Source: Parcubacteria group bacterium
GTDB taxonomy: Bacteria > Patescibacteriota > Minisyncoccia > Phycocordibacterales > WO2-35-19
Reading direction: 5' to 3'
Length of the DNA: 56,285 nt
NCBI GenBank assembly: GCA_012514175.1
Contig: JAAZAU010000001.1
Coordinates: forward strand, 1 to 56,285
Position 1 is the stretch's first letter, and each line of letters opens with the position of its first letter. Made by a program: the position numbers and the translations under genes. Below the pieces are notes generated by a model. It searched no databases. It worked only from the letters and a program-made list of their open reading frames with translations, and was not told where the DNA came from. Shown here piece by piece: positions 18,182 to 27,723 of the stretch.

Positions 18182-19773
18182 TTTATTGGCTCGTTGTTTC
18201 ATTTGTTCTTGGAATTATATTTGAACAAGTTTTTAATTTTGGTTGGAACTTTGCTTTATTGTCAGTTACAGTTTTCTTTTTCATCTTTTTAATTTTACGT
18301 TCAGAAAAAGGACGTCTCTGGTTTTTGTGTTCAATCTTTTTTGCCATTGGAATTTTGAGAATGAGTTTTGTTGATACTTCTTTTGATAAAAATTTATTAA
18401 AACTAGTTGGCGAAAAAATTTATTTTGAAGCTACCATCACAGAGGAACCAGATGTGAGAGACAGCTCGGTGCGTTACATTGTTGAACCAGATTTTTCTTC
18501 AGAATATATTTCTGGATGCACGAACGTTTCCGCGCTCAAAAATTCTTCGTGCTCTGCTCAGTCAATCTCACAAGACGTGCAAAAATTTGTTCCAGAAAAA
18601 AATCGCGTGTTGCTGATTGCTGACCCCTACCCTAAGCTTCGGTATGGAGATCGGGTCTCAGTTTCAGGTAAATTAGATTTACCAAAAAATTTTCAAAGTG
18701 ATAGTGGTTTGGAATTTGATTACATTTCGTTTCTTGCTAAAGATAACATTTATTTTTTAATGTATCGTCCCGAAATAAATCTAGTTTCATCTAGCTCAGC
18801 AAGATTGCACACCACAGAAAAAATAGTTTCGGTTCTTTATTCATTAAAAAATATTTTTATAGAAAAAATAGGAGATGTGGTGCCCGAACCCAACTCTTCT
18901 TTTTTGGCGGGTGTGATTTTTGGCGCTAAGCAAAGTTTGGGACAGGAGTTGCTTGATGATTTTAAAAAAGTCGGACTTATACATATTGTGGTGCTCTCGG
19001 GATACAACATTACTATCATTGCGACGGGCATTTTTTATGCGCTATCTTATTTTGGCAAGAGAAATTTGAGTTTTGTTTTAAGTGTAATTTTTATGTTTTT
19101 GTTTGCGCTTATGGTTGGCTTTGGAGCAACAGTGATGCGCGCTTGCATTATGGCAACTTTAGCAATCTTGGCTAGGTTTTTAGGTCGGCCAGCTGACGCT
19201 TTGCGTTGGCTTTTTATTGCTGGTTTTTTAATGCTTCTTTGGAAACCGATGAATCTTTTTTATGATCCTTCTTTCCAACTTTCTTTTATGGCAACTCTAG
19301 GTTTGATTTTATTTTCACAACCTATTTTTTCTTTTATTACTAATAGCAAAATTTCAAAATACATTCCTATTAAATATGGTGTTCGTGAAATAGTTTCTTC
19401 CACTCTAGCTGTTCAAGTTTTTGTCTTACCTCTTCTTATTAAAATGTCTGGTTTTGTTTCAATAGTCTCTCTTTTAATCAACCCCTTGGTTTTGCCGTTT
19501 ATACCTTGGGTTATGGCCCTCGGCGCTCTTACTGGTTTGCTGGGTTTGCTTCCTTTTGTGGGTGGATTTTTATCTTGGCCTATTGGCGCTCTGGCATATT
19601 TACTTACTCAGTTTGTAATAATTGTAACGAAGTTTTTTGCAAACGTTCCATTCGCCACTTTGCAAATAGGAAATATTTCTGTTTTTGCAATTTTGGTCTG
19701 TTATCTTTTTTACGGATTTATTTATTGGAAACTGAAAAAAGGCGACTTGTTTCTTTATCAACCTTTGTCTTAA
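18178..19773 (+). CDS. comEC: ComEC/Rec2 DNA-uptake channel, membrane and OB part
   Basis: GLIHIVVLSGYN, SFQLSFMAT motifs; many TM helices. Confidence 0.9.
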   Translation: MIYWLVVSFVLGIIFEQVFNFGWNFALLSVTVFFFIFLILRSEKGRLWFLCSIFFAIGILRMSFVDTSFDKNLLKLVGEKIYFEATITEEPDVRDSSVRYIVEPDFSSEYISGCTNVSALKNSSCSAQSISQDVQKFVPEKNRVLLIADPYPKLRYGDRVSVSGKLDLPKNFQSDSGLEFDYISFLAKDNIYFLMYRPEINLVSSSSARLHTTEKIVSVLYSLKNIFIEKIGDVVPEPNSSFLAGVIFGAKQSLGQELLDDFKKVGLIHIVVLSGYNITIIATGIFYALSYFGKRNLSFVLSVIFMFLFALMVGFGATVMRACIMATLAILARFLGRPADALRWLFIAGFLMLLWKPMNLFYDPSFQLSFMATLGLILFSQPIFSFITNSKISKYIPIKYGVREIVSSTLAVQVFVLPLLIKMSGFVSIVSLLINPLVLPFIPWVMALGALTGLLGLLPFVGGFLSWPIGALAYLLTQFVIIVTKFFANVPFATLQIGNISVFAILVCYLFYGFIYWKLKKGDLFLYQPLS

Positions 19774-19794
19774 GTTTGAGGTATTATATTTATA

Positions 19795-20661
19795 ATGAAG
19801 TCTTCTAAACTCAAATTAATTACGCTTGGGATTTTATTTTTTGGTGCTGTTTTTTCTGTTTATGTTTTTTGGTGTGAGGAAAATAATGGAATCTTGAAAG
19901 TGACTTTTCTTGATGTTGGTCAAGGTGATGCGATATTTATTGAATCACCTAGCGGTAATCAGATTCTTATTGACGCTGGTCCAGATAAAAAAATATTACG
20001 AGAATTATCAAAGGTGATGCCTTTTTATGATCGTTCCATTAATGTAGTATTGGCTACTCACGCCGATCAAGATCATATTGGCGGACTGCCAGAAGTTTTA
20101 AAAAATTACAAAGTAAATATTTTTATGGAATCTGGTGTTCCCGGAGAATCTTCTACTTATAAAGAATTGGAAAAATTAGTCAATGATGGAGAAACGGAAA
20201 AAAACGTTAAAAAAATATTAGCGAGAAGAAATATGATTGTAGATTTGGGAGATGGGGCGGTTTTACAAATTCTTTTTCCTGATAGAGACCCGACTGGTAT
20301 GGAAACCAACACAGCGTCTGTGGTAACAAAATTAGTTTATGGAGAAAATGAATTTTTACTCACCGGAGATTCGCCAATCGCGATTGAAAACTATTTAGTT
20401 TCTGTAAGTGATCTTTCAAGTAATGTTTTGAAAGTTGGTCATCATGGCTCTAAGACTTCTACGGGGCAAACTTTTGTCTCGGCTGTTTCTCCGGAGTATG
20501 CTGTTATTTCTGTTGGCGAAGATAATAGATACAATCACCCCAATCAAGCAACTTTAGATACTTTAACTAATTTTGGTGCTGAAGTTTTACGAACCGATAA
20601 ATCGGGACGTATTATGTTTAAAAGTGATGGACTTAATTTAAGCGTAAAAACCACCAAATAG
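19795..20661 (+). CDS. ComEC-type metallo-beta-lactamase domain protein (split ComEC C-terminus)
   Basis: FLDVGQGDA, THADQDHIGG, LTGD, KVGHHGS, YNHP. Confidence 0.9.
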   Translation: MKSSKLKLITLGILFFGAVFSVYVFWCEENNGILKVTFLDVGQGDAIFIESPSGNQILIDAGPDKKILRELSKVMPFYDRSINVVLATHADQDHIGGLPEVLKNYKVNIFMESGVPGESSTYKELEKLVNDGETEKNVKKILARRNMIVDLGDGAVLQILFPDRDPTGMETNTASVVTKLVYGENEFLLTGDSPIAIENYLVSVSDLSSNVLKVGHHGSKTSTGQTFVSAVSPEYAVISVGEDNRYNHPNQATLDTLTNFGAEVLRTDKSGRIMFKSDGLNLSVKTTK

Positions 20662-20677
20662 CTTTTAATATTATTGC

Positions 20678-20706
20678 TTGACAAAAAATATCAGTTGGTG
20701 TATAAT
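20678..20706 (+). promoter_or_regulatory. Consensus sigma70 promoter
   Basis: TTGACA-17 bp-TATAAT. Confidence 0.8.
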
Positions 20707-20788
20707 TAGGGGTAGGTAGTAGTTTTTATCTTAAATAAGAAAGGAGGGTATTTTATTGGATTGGTAAACAAACCGGCATCGCCGGGGT

Positions 20789-20820
20789 GAGCTCAGCAGA
20801 ACATCGCTGAGCTCTTTTTT
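20789..20820 (+). terminator. Intrinsic terminator
   Basis: GAGCTCAGC/GCTGAGCTC stem followed by T6. Confidence 0.85.
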
Positions 20821-20879
20821 ATTCTAAAAATTCCAAAATAATTTAAGAAAATTATTTTGGGGTTTTGTGGCTTAGGTTT

Positions 20880-21122
20880 TTAAATTATACCAGCGTCTTT
20901 GAGGGTGGCATAAGCACCTTTCTTTTGGATGGTTTTGATAGCTTTAGCAGAAAGAGTGAGAGTGAAAGATTTATTTAATTCAGGCACAAAAATTTTCTTT
21001 TTTTGGAGATTGGCAAACTTCCTTGATTTACCACAAGGGTTGAATTGAGTAGCACGGGTCCTGTTTGAATAGGATCCGCCTATTTTTGATGATTTACCTG
21101 TGACTGCGCATACTTTAGCCAT
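20880..21122 (-). CDS. rpmB: 50S ribosomal protein L28
   Basis: MAKVCAVTGK...RKFANLQKKKI...LSAKAIKT. Confidence 0.88.
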   Translation of the reverse strand: MAKVCAVTGKSSKIGGSYSNRTRATQFNPCGKSRKFANLQKKKIFVPELNKSFTLTLSAKAIKTIQKKGAYATLKDAGII

Positions 21123-21187
21123 AATGAGAAATATGCTAACATATCGTTATATTGAAAGTCAAATCTTAAACTTTTAGATCTAAAATT

Positions 21188-21805
21188 ATGGAATTTGTTA
21201 TCATGATATTTATTCTCATAATGTCTGTGGTTGTTCACGAAGTGGCTCACGGTTATGCGGCTTTAGCTTTAGGTGATCCGACCGCCAAATACGCAGGCAG
21301 ATTAACTTTAAATCCTCTTAAGCATTTAGATTTTGTCGGTTCGTTTTTGGTGCCATTCATTAGTTATCAAATTGGTGGTTTTATAGTAGGTTGGGCAAAA
21401 CCAGTGCCTTTTAATCCTTACAATCTTAGAAATCAAAAATGGGGTGAAGCAATAGTAGCTATATCTGGGCCGCTTTCTAACTTAATTTTAGCGTTAATAT
21501 TTGGATTGGCTATAAGAATAACATCTGATTATTGGTGGGATTCGGCTATTTATCAAAGTTTTTTTGGTATGGCGGGATTTGTGGTTTTGATAAATATCAC
21601 TTTGGCAATTTTTAATCTTATACCTATCCCACCACTTGATGGTTCCAAAATACTTTTTACGTTTTTGCCTTATAATAAATGGCAAGCTTTGCGTGAATTT
21701 TTTGAAAAATACGGATTAATTTTAGTTTTTTTCTTAGTCTTTTTCTTTTGGAGGTTTGTTATTCAAATAGTGGTATTTTTATTTAGAATTTTTGTTGGGG
21801 GTTAA
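21188..21805 (+). CDS. Site-2 protease (M50 family)
   Basis: HEVAH, GRLTLNPLKH, NLIPIPPLDG. Confidence 0.93.
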   Translation: MEFVIMIFILIMSVVVHEVAHGYAALALGDPTAKYAGRLTLNPLKHLDFVGSFLVPFISYQIGGFIVGWAKPVPFNPYNLRNQKWGEAIVAISGPLSNLILALIFGLAIRITSDYWWDSAIYQSFFGMAGFVVLINITLAIFNLIPIPPLDGSKILFTFLPYNKWQALREFFEKYGLILVFFLVFFFWRFVIQIVVFLFRIFVGG

Positions 21806-21807
21806 AT

Positions 21808-23139
21808 ATGTCTAATAAGAAAAGCACGTTTATAGGAGAACATTTGATCATTGCCGGAGCTTCTTTGTTTATTTTGCTTGGGCTTCTTTATCTTTCATCT
21901 TTATTTATGGAAGATTTTTCCACAGACTCCATTACCATTTTTGGGACTGAGTTTTTGATTGCTGATATTCAACCTCATATAATTCAAATACTTTTTATTG
22001 TCGTTAGTGTCTTAGTTTCATATTTAATATACCTTTTGCTTTCTTTGCGCACTCGCGCCGAACTTACAGCCGCAATTGCCACGAGATCATTATCTAATTC
22101 TCTGGCCCACTTTGAAAAACTCTACGAAGAAGCACCAGTTCCTTATGTTATTTTGAATGAAAAAGGAGAAATTATTAAACCCAACAAAGCCACTTTACGT
22201 TTTTTTGGTGTGGTTTTAGAGGAGATAGAGGGCAAAAATCTTTTCTCTCTTTGTTTTGAAGAAGATCAAGAAAAAGCGGAAAAATTATTTAGATATTACA
22301 AATCTAATCTACCGATAAACAGTGAAGAAATTAGGTTGATTACAAAAAAAGGGGCTGTTAAGTGGGTGCTTTTGTCTGTTTTTGGCGAAACGAGTTTTAA
22401 TAATTTAAAAAAAGCGAGACTAGGTGTCATTTTTGATATCACAGAACGTAAACAACTTGATCAAGCTAAAACCGAATTCGTTTCTTTAGCTTCACACCAA
22501 TTACGCACCCCTGTTTCTACTATTAGGTGGTATACCGATATGCTTTTATCTAATAGTTTTGGAGAACTTTCTGGCGAACAAAAGGAGTATGTGGAGACTA
22601 TTCACAAAGTAAATCAAGGTATGATAGAGCTCATAGACACTTTACTTAATGTTTCTAGGATTGAGATGGGTTCTTTGAAGATTGATTTGAAGCCCACCAA
22701 CGTTTCAGATTTGGTGGAAAGTGTTTTGGTAGAACTATCTTCACAAATAGAAGAAAAAAATATAAATATAGAAAAAAATTACGGAGGCAATCTTGAAAAT
22801 ATAGAAAGCGATCCTAAGCTTTTACGCATAGTGATACAAAATCTTATTTCTAACGCCGTTAAATACACTCAGCCAAACGGTACGGTCAGCATAACCCTCA
22901 AAGATTCTTTTAAAGAAAAAGCGATTGTGGTGACAGACACAGGTGTTGGTATTCCAGAAAAAGATCAAGAAAAAATATTTACCAAACTCTTTAGAGCTGG
23001 CAATGTTGACGTTTTATCTAGCAGTCAAGGTACCGGACTCGGTTTGTATTTGGTAAAATCAATAATGGAAACCATGGGTGGTAGCATTTCTTTTGTTTCT
23101 GAAGAAAATAAAGGTAGCACTTTTACCATCACAATTTAA
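21808..23139 (+). CDS. Membrane PAS-domain sensor histidine kinase
   Basis: Two TM segments, PAS domain, ASHQLRTP H-box, NLISNAVKY, DTGVGI, GTGLGL. Confidence 0.93.
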   Translation: MSNKKSTFIGEHLIIAGASLFILLGLLYLSSLFMEDFSTDSITIFGTEFLIADIQPHIIQILFIVVSVLVSYLIYLLLSLRTRAELTAAIATRSLSNSLAHFEKLYEEAPVPYVILNEKGEIIKPNKATLRFFGVVLEEIEGKNLFSLCFEEDQEKAEKLFRYYKSNLPINSEEIRLITKKGAVKWVLLSVFGETSFNNLKKARLGVIFDITERKQLDQAKTEFVSLASHQLRTPVSTIRWYTDMLLSNSFGELSGEQKEYVETIHKVNQGMIELIDTLLNVSRIEMGSLKIDLKPTNVSDLVESVLVELSSQIEEKNINIEKNYGGNLENIESDPKLLRIVIQNLISNAVKYTQPNGTVSITLKDSFKEKAIVVTDTGVGIPEKDQEKIFTKLFRAGNVDVLSSSQGTGLGLYLVKSIMETMGGSISFVSEENKGSTFTITI

Positions 23140-23162
23140 AAATTTATTAATAAATAAAAATT

Positions 23163-23549
23163 ATGGAAGAAGAACAAAACAAAAAGAAAGTACTTGTCGT
23201 AGACGACGATGACAATTTAAGAAGGGTTTTAACAGATAAACTTAAAGCTTCAGGTTTTGAAGTTATTAACGCTTCAAACGGGGAAGAAGGTTTAGAGAAA
23301 GCTTTGGCGCATCATCCAGATATAATATTACTTGATGTTATGATGCCAATAATGAATGGTCAAGTAATGCTTAGCAAACTTAGAGAAGATGAGTGGGGTG
23401 AAAAAGCTAAAGTGATTATGCTTTCAGTGATTGAAGATTCTGAAGTTATTGCTCAAGCGGTAGTTGATCGCAGTTTAGCTTATTTTATAAAGACAGACCA
23501 AAGTATGGATGATATAGTTAAACGGGTTAAAGCTATGCTGGAGGATTAG
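23163..23549 (+). CDS. Single-domain response regulator (receiver)
   Basis: VLVVDDD, LLDVMMP..NG, adjacent to the kinase. Confidence 0.9.
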   Translation: MEEEQNKKKVLVVDDDDNLRRVLTDKLKASGFEVINASNGEEGLEKALAHHPDIILLDVMMPIMNGQVMLSKLREDEWGEKAKVIMLSVIEDSEVIAQAVVDRSLAYFIKTDQSMDDIVKRVKAMLED

Positions 23550-23626
23550 TTTGAAAAAACACCAAGCATTTGCATTTTTTATCAGAATGTATTAAATTGG
23601 TGTTTCAGCCGGTTAGGCTGATTTTT

Positions 23627-24043
23627 ATGCCAACGATAAACCAATTAAAAAGAAAGAAAAGAAAAACTCTCCGCTCAAAATCTAAAGCGGTGGCTTTAGC
23701 TCGTGGTTTTAATACTAATAAAAATAAGCCTGTTTTTTATGCTTCACCGTTTAAGAGAGGGGTTTGTGCTAAGGTGACTACCAAGACACCAAGAAAACCT
23801 AACTCCGCTATCAGAAAGATTGCTAGAGTTCGTTTGACCAATGGTATGGAAGTTACAGCTTACATTCCAGGTATCGGGCACAATTTGCAAGAACACTCAG
23901 TTGTTATGCTTAGAGGTGGTAGAGTTAAAGATATTGGTGTTAGATACACTATTGTTAGAGGTCGCTTGGATGCAGGAGGAGTAGAAAAAAGAAGAACTTC
24001 ACGATCGGTTTATGGTGTTAAAAAACCTAAAGATTCAAAATAA
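23627..24043 (+). CDS. rpsL: 30S ribosomal protein S12
   Basis: [31 protein letters not shown]. Confidence 0.97.
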   Translation: MPTINQLKRKKRKTLRSKSKAVALARGFNTNKNKPVFYASPFKRGVCAKVTTKTPRKPNSAIRKIARVRLTNGMEVTAYIPGIGHNLQEHSVVMLRGGRVKDIGVRYTIVRGRLDAGGVEKRRTSRSVYGVKKPKDSK

Positions 24044-24046
24044 TAT

Positions 24047-24517
24047 ATGAGAAGAGCGGTAAAAAACAGAAATATAACTAAACCAGACATCAAATTTAAT
24101 TCTCAAAAAGTTGAGAAGTTCATAAATTATGTAATGGAAAGAGGAAAGAAGAACACGGCTAGAAGTATAGTTTACAAGGCTTTTGATCTTGTTAAAGATC
24201 AAGCTAAAGTAGAAGATCCGATGGAGGTTTTTGATACTGCTCTCAAAAACGCTGGACCAACTATGGAAGTGCGCTCTCGTCGTGTTGGTGGCGCTAACTA
24301 TCAAGTGCCTAGAGAAGTGAGGCCAGAAAGAAGAACTTATCTTGCTATGAATTGGATTATTGATGCCGCAAAAGCTAGAAAAGGCAAACCAATGGCTGAA
24401 AAGCTTTCTGAAGAAATTATTGCTGCTAGTAAAAACGAAGGGGAAGCTATCAAAAAGCGTGAAAATGTTCACAAGATGGCTGAATCTAACAAAGCTTTTG
24501 CTCACTTTGCGTGGTAA
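24047..24517 (+). CDS. rpsG: 30S ribosomal protein S7
   Basis: GKKNTA, RRVGGANYQVP, HKMAESNKAFAHF. Confidence 0.97.
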   Translation: MRRAVKNRNITKPDIKFNSQKVEKFINYVMERGKKNTARSIVYKAFDLVKDQAKVEDPMEVFDTALKNAGPTMEVRSRRVGGANYQVPREVRPERRTYLAMNWIIDAAKARKGKPMAEKLSEEIIAASKNEGEAIKKRENVHKMAESNKAFAHFAW

Positions 24518-24541
24518 AAACTCTTAAAAATAGCGTGTAGT

Positions 24542-25252
24542 TTATTCTGTTTTTCTGGTATAGACTTCAAAAGCGCTATATTTTAAGCATTGTAAGTCAA
24601 CAGGATGAATATCTGAACTGGTTGAAATAAAAGCGCCTCGGTCAGAAAGAACTCTGCTGATTTCTTTTGCTACATTTCTTAAATATTCTTTGTTTACAAT
24701 AATATCTTCTGAAATTCCTCCAGCAAAAACACTGACTGATTTATTTGGCAATCTTTTCAAAAAAGAAAGCATATCTTCTGGCACGATAGTGTAGGGCAAC
24801 AAGGTTTCGTCGGCCCTTTCTTTGGTGCGAAAATAAGTCAAAATGTCTTTTAGATCGTCAAAATATATGGGTTCTACTGCTACATAAGATTCTGCTTTGC
24901 CTAATTCGGCGATTCTGTAACCGTCTGTGTTTTTACCAGCCCCTAAATCAATTACAATCTCGCCATCAAATCTTTTTAGAGCTTCTTTGGCTTGCGTGTA
25001 TAGTTCTTTTTCTTTTATATCACCCAAACCTTCTTTGAAGTCTCTATAAACAAACTTACCAAAACTGGTAGCGTAATTACTACCAATGAAAGCATAATTC
25101 AAATCTCGGCCTTTTCCGAATAAGTGTTGCTTAGTTTTTTCTTGCACCCTGTTTTGTGATTGAGTGTCCTCAGCAATTTCTGCTATGTTAAGCAAACCTT
25201 CTTGGTTTATGTTGGGAATGAGGTCTTCAACTCTAGAAATGTCTAAACTCAT
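24542..25252 (-). CDS. Hypothetical protein with class I SAM-methyltransferase-like motif
   Basis: VIDLGAG, YVAVEP, EISRVL..GAFI resemble Rossmann methyltransferase motifs. Confidence 0.55.
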   Translation of the reverse strand: MSLDISRVEDLIPNINQEGLLNIAEIAEDTQSQNRVQEKTKQHLFGKGRDLNYAFIGSNYATSFGKFVYRDFKEGLGDIKEKELYTQAKEALKRFDGEIVIDLGAGKNTDGYRIAELGKAESYVAVEPIYFDDLKDILTYFRTKERADETLLPYTIVPEDMLSFLKRLPNKSVSVFAGGISEDIIVNKEYLRNVAKEISRVLSDRGAFISTSSDIHPVDLQCLKYSAFEVYTRKTE

Positions 25253-25384
25253 ACCTTATTTATATCATTTTGTAAAACAAAAAGCTAACCAGTATAAACC
25301 AATTGTTTTTGCAATTATTTTCTATATAGTGTATATTTTTTCTAAGTCCCTAAGGGTTTTTTTATTATCAATTATTTATTATTT

Positions 25385-27538
25385 ATGAACCGCGATTATC
25401 CATTAGAAAGAGTTAGAAACTTTGGCATTATTGCTCACATTGATGCTGGGAAAACTACAACTTCCGAGCGCATTTTGTTCTATACTGGTTCTCAACACAA
25501 AGTTGGGGAAGTGCATGAAGGTGAAACTACAACTGACTGGATGGAACAAGAAAGAGAGCGCGGTATTACTATTACTGCTGCCGCTATTACTTGTTTTTGG
25601 TGTCCAACTTATTTGTCTCAGGAGGAAAGAACAAAACTGGAAAATAAATGTCGTTTTAATGTTATTGACACTCCAGGACACATTGACTTTACTGTAGAAG
25701 TTATTAGATCAATGCGTGTTTTGGATGGCGCGGTTATTGTTTTTGATGGTGTGGCTGGGGTAGAACCTCAATCTGAGACTAACTGGCGTTATGCTGAAGA
25801 TGAAAAAGTGCCTAGACTTTGTTTTATTAATAAACTGGACCGAACTGGAGCTAATTTTGAAAGATCCTATCAATCCATATTGGATCGTTTGACTAAAAAA
25901 GCTATTAGAATGCAAATTCCAATCGGTGAAGAAGATCAGCATGAGGGTGTTGTGGATTTGCTTACTATGAAAGCTTTCAAATTTGAAGGTCAACTTGGTA
26001 GTAACATTGTAGAAGTTCCTATTCCCGAAAACCTTAAAGCTGATGCCGAAAAATATCACGCTGAACTTATTGAAAGAATTGTAGAAAACGATGAAACTGC
26101 TATGAATAAATATTTGGGTGGAGAAGAAATTCCTGTTGCAGAGCTTAAAAAGATTTTAAGAAAAGCTGTTATTGCCAACCAAGTTTTCCCAGTGTTTACG
26201 GGTTCTGCTTTGAAAAACAAGGGTATCCAATTAATATTGGATGCGGTGGTAGATTACCTCCCTTCTCCTTTGGATATTCCTCCAGTTAAAGGCACCGATC
26301 CAGAAACAGGTGAAGAAATAGAGAGAAAAGCTTCTGACGAAGAACCTTTTGCCGCTTTAGCTTTTAAATTGCAAACCGATCCGTTTGTTGGACAACTCAC
26401 TTTCTTCCGTGTTTATTCGGGCACTATTGAAGCGGGTTCTTATATCTACAATGCTTCAACTGGTGAAAAAGAAAGACTGGGTCGCATTGTGCGCCTTCAG
26501 GCCGATAAAAGAGAAGAAGTAAAGAAGGTTTTTGCTGGTGAAATTGCGGCGGCTGTTGGTCTTAAAAGCGCTAAAACTTCTCACACTTTTTGTGATGAAA
26601 ACCACCCAATTATTTTGGAATCCATTAAATCTCCGGAACCGGTTATTTCTCTTCGTATAGAACCAAAAACTAAAGCGGACCAAGAAAAAATGGGTATGGC
26701 TCTGCACCGTTTAGCCGATGAAGATTCCACTTTTAGAATTACTTCTGATCAAGAAACTGGCGAAACTGTTATTTCAGGTATGGGGGAACTTCACTTGGAA
26801 GTTTTAGTTGATCGTTTGAAACGAGAATTTAACGTAGAAGCCAATGTGGGCGCTCCTCAGGTGGCTTATAAAGAAACTATTACCGGTTCTGCTGAAGCCG
26901 AAAGCAAATATATCAAACAAACAGGAGGTAAGGGTCAATACGGTCACGTTAAAATTACTTTGAAACCTTTAGAGCCAGAAAAAGAGGGAGTTAAAAGACC
27001 AAAAAATGTTCATCGTGATGACATTTTTGAATTCATTGATTCCATTAAAGGCGGTATTATTCCTCAAGAATTTATTCCGGCCGTTGAAAAAGGTGTCAGG
27101 GAAGCTATGGAAAGAGGTATTGTTGCCGGCTACAAAATGGTTAATATTTCTTGCGAACTGACATTCGGTTCTTATCACGACGTGGACTCATCGGAAATTG
27201 CTTACAAAATTGCTGCTTCTCAAGCTTTTCAAGAGGCTGCCAAGAAAGCCAAACCTGTTATTCTTGAACCAATTATGAAAGTTGAAGTATCTATACCTGA
27301 GAAGTTTATGGGTGATATTACTGGTCATCTTTCTTCTAAGAGAGGTATTGTTGAAGGAGTGGATGATAGGGTGGGACTCAAAGTGGTTCGCGCTAAAGTG
27401 CCTCTTTCAGAACTTTTTGGTTACGTTACTACTTTGCGCTCTATGACTGAAGGTCGCGGTAATGCCAATATTGAGTTTGATCATTATGCTATTGTTCCTC
27501 CTAATGTGGCCACCACGATTGTTGAAGCCAGAAAATAA
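25385..27538 (+). CDS. fusA: Elongation factor G
   Basis: [38 protein letters not shown]. Confidence 0.98.
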   Translation: MNRDYPLERVRNFGIIAHIDAGKTTTSERILFYTGSQHKVGEVHEGETTTDWMEQERERGITITAAAITCFWCPTYLSQEERTKLENKCRFNVIDTPGHIDFTVEVIRSMRVLDGAVIVFDGVAGVEPQSETNWRYAEDEKVPRLCFINKLDRTGANFERSYQSILDRLTKKAIRMQIPIGEEDQHEGVVDLLTMKAFKFEGQLGSNIVEVPIPENLKADAEKYHAELIERIVENDETAMNKYLGGEEIPVAELKKILRKAVIANQVFPVFTGSALKNKGIQLILDAVVDYLPSPLDIPPVKGTDPETGEEIERKASDEEPFAALAFKLQTDPFVGQLTFFRVYSGTIEAGSYIYNASTGEKERLGRIVRLQADKREEVKKVFAGEIAAAVGLKSAKTSHTFCDENHPIILESIKSPEPVISLRIEPKTKADQEKMGMALHRLADEDSTFRITSDQETGETVISGMGELHLEVLVDRLKREFNVEANVGAPQVAYKETITGSAEAESKYIKQTGGKGQYGHVKITLKPLEPEKEGVKRPKNVHRDDIFEFIDSIKGGIIPQEFIPAVEKGVREAMERGIVAGYKMVNISCELTFGSYHDVDSSEIAYKIAASQAFQEAAKKAKPVILEPIMKVEVSIPEKFMGDITGHLSSKRGIVEGVDDRVGLKVVRAKVPLSELFGYVTTLRSMTEGRGNANIEFDHYAIVPPNVATTIVEARK

Positions 27539-27559
27539 TTACAACCTTAAAAATCAATA

Positions 27560-27594
27560 CAAAAACGCCCCAGATTTTGTTTGGGGTGTTTTTT
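27560..27594 (+). terminator. Intrinsic terminator after fusA
   Basis: CAAAAACGCCCCA...TGGGGTGTTTTTG stem with T run. Confidence 0.75.
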
Positions 27595-27723
27595 GTTATG
27601 CATTTTGAAATTATTATGATACATTTTAATTATTATTATAATTGCGAGACGTCAGATTTGAATATTTTTGAGCCTAATTTGGTTTGGGCGTAAAAACATT
27701 CAAAACTCTCTCGCACAAAATAA

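Noticed and set aside
7519-20661. Pilin cluster and split ComEC as a novel secretion system
   Set aside because: Ordinary type IV pilus/competence complement for this kind of genome
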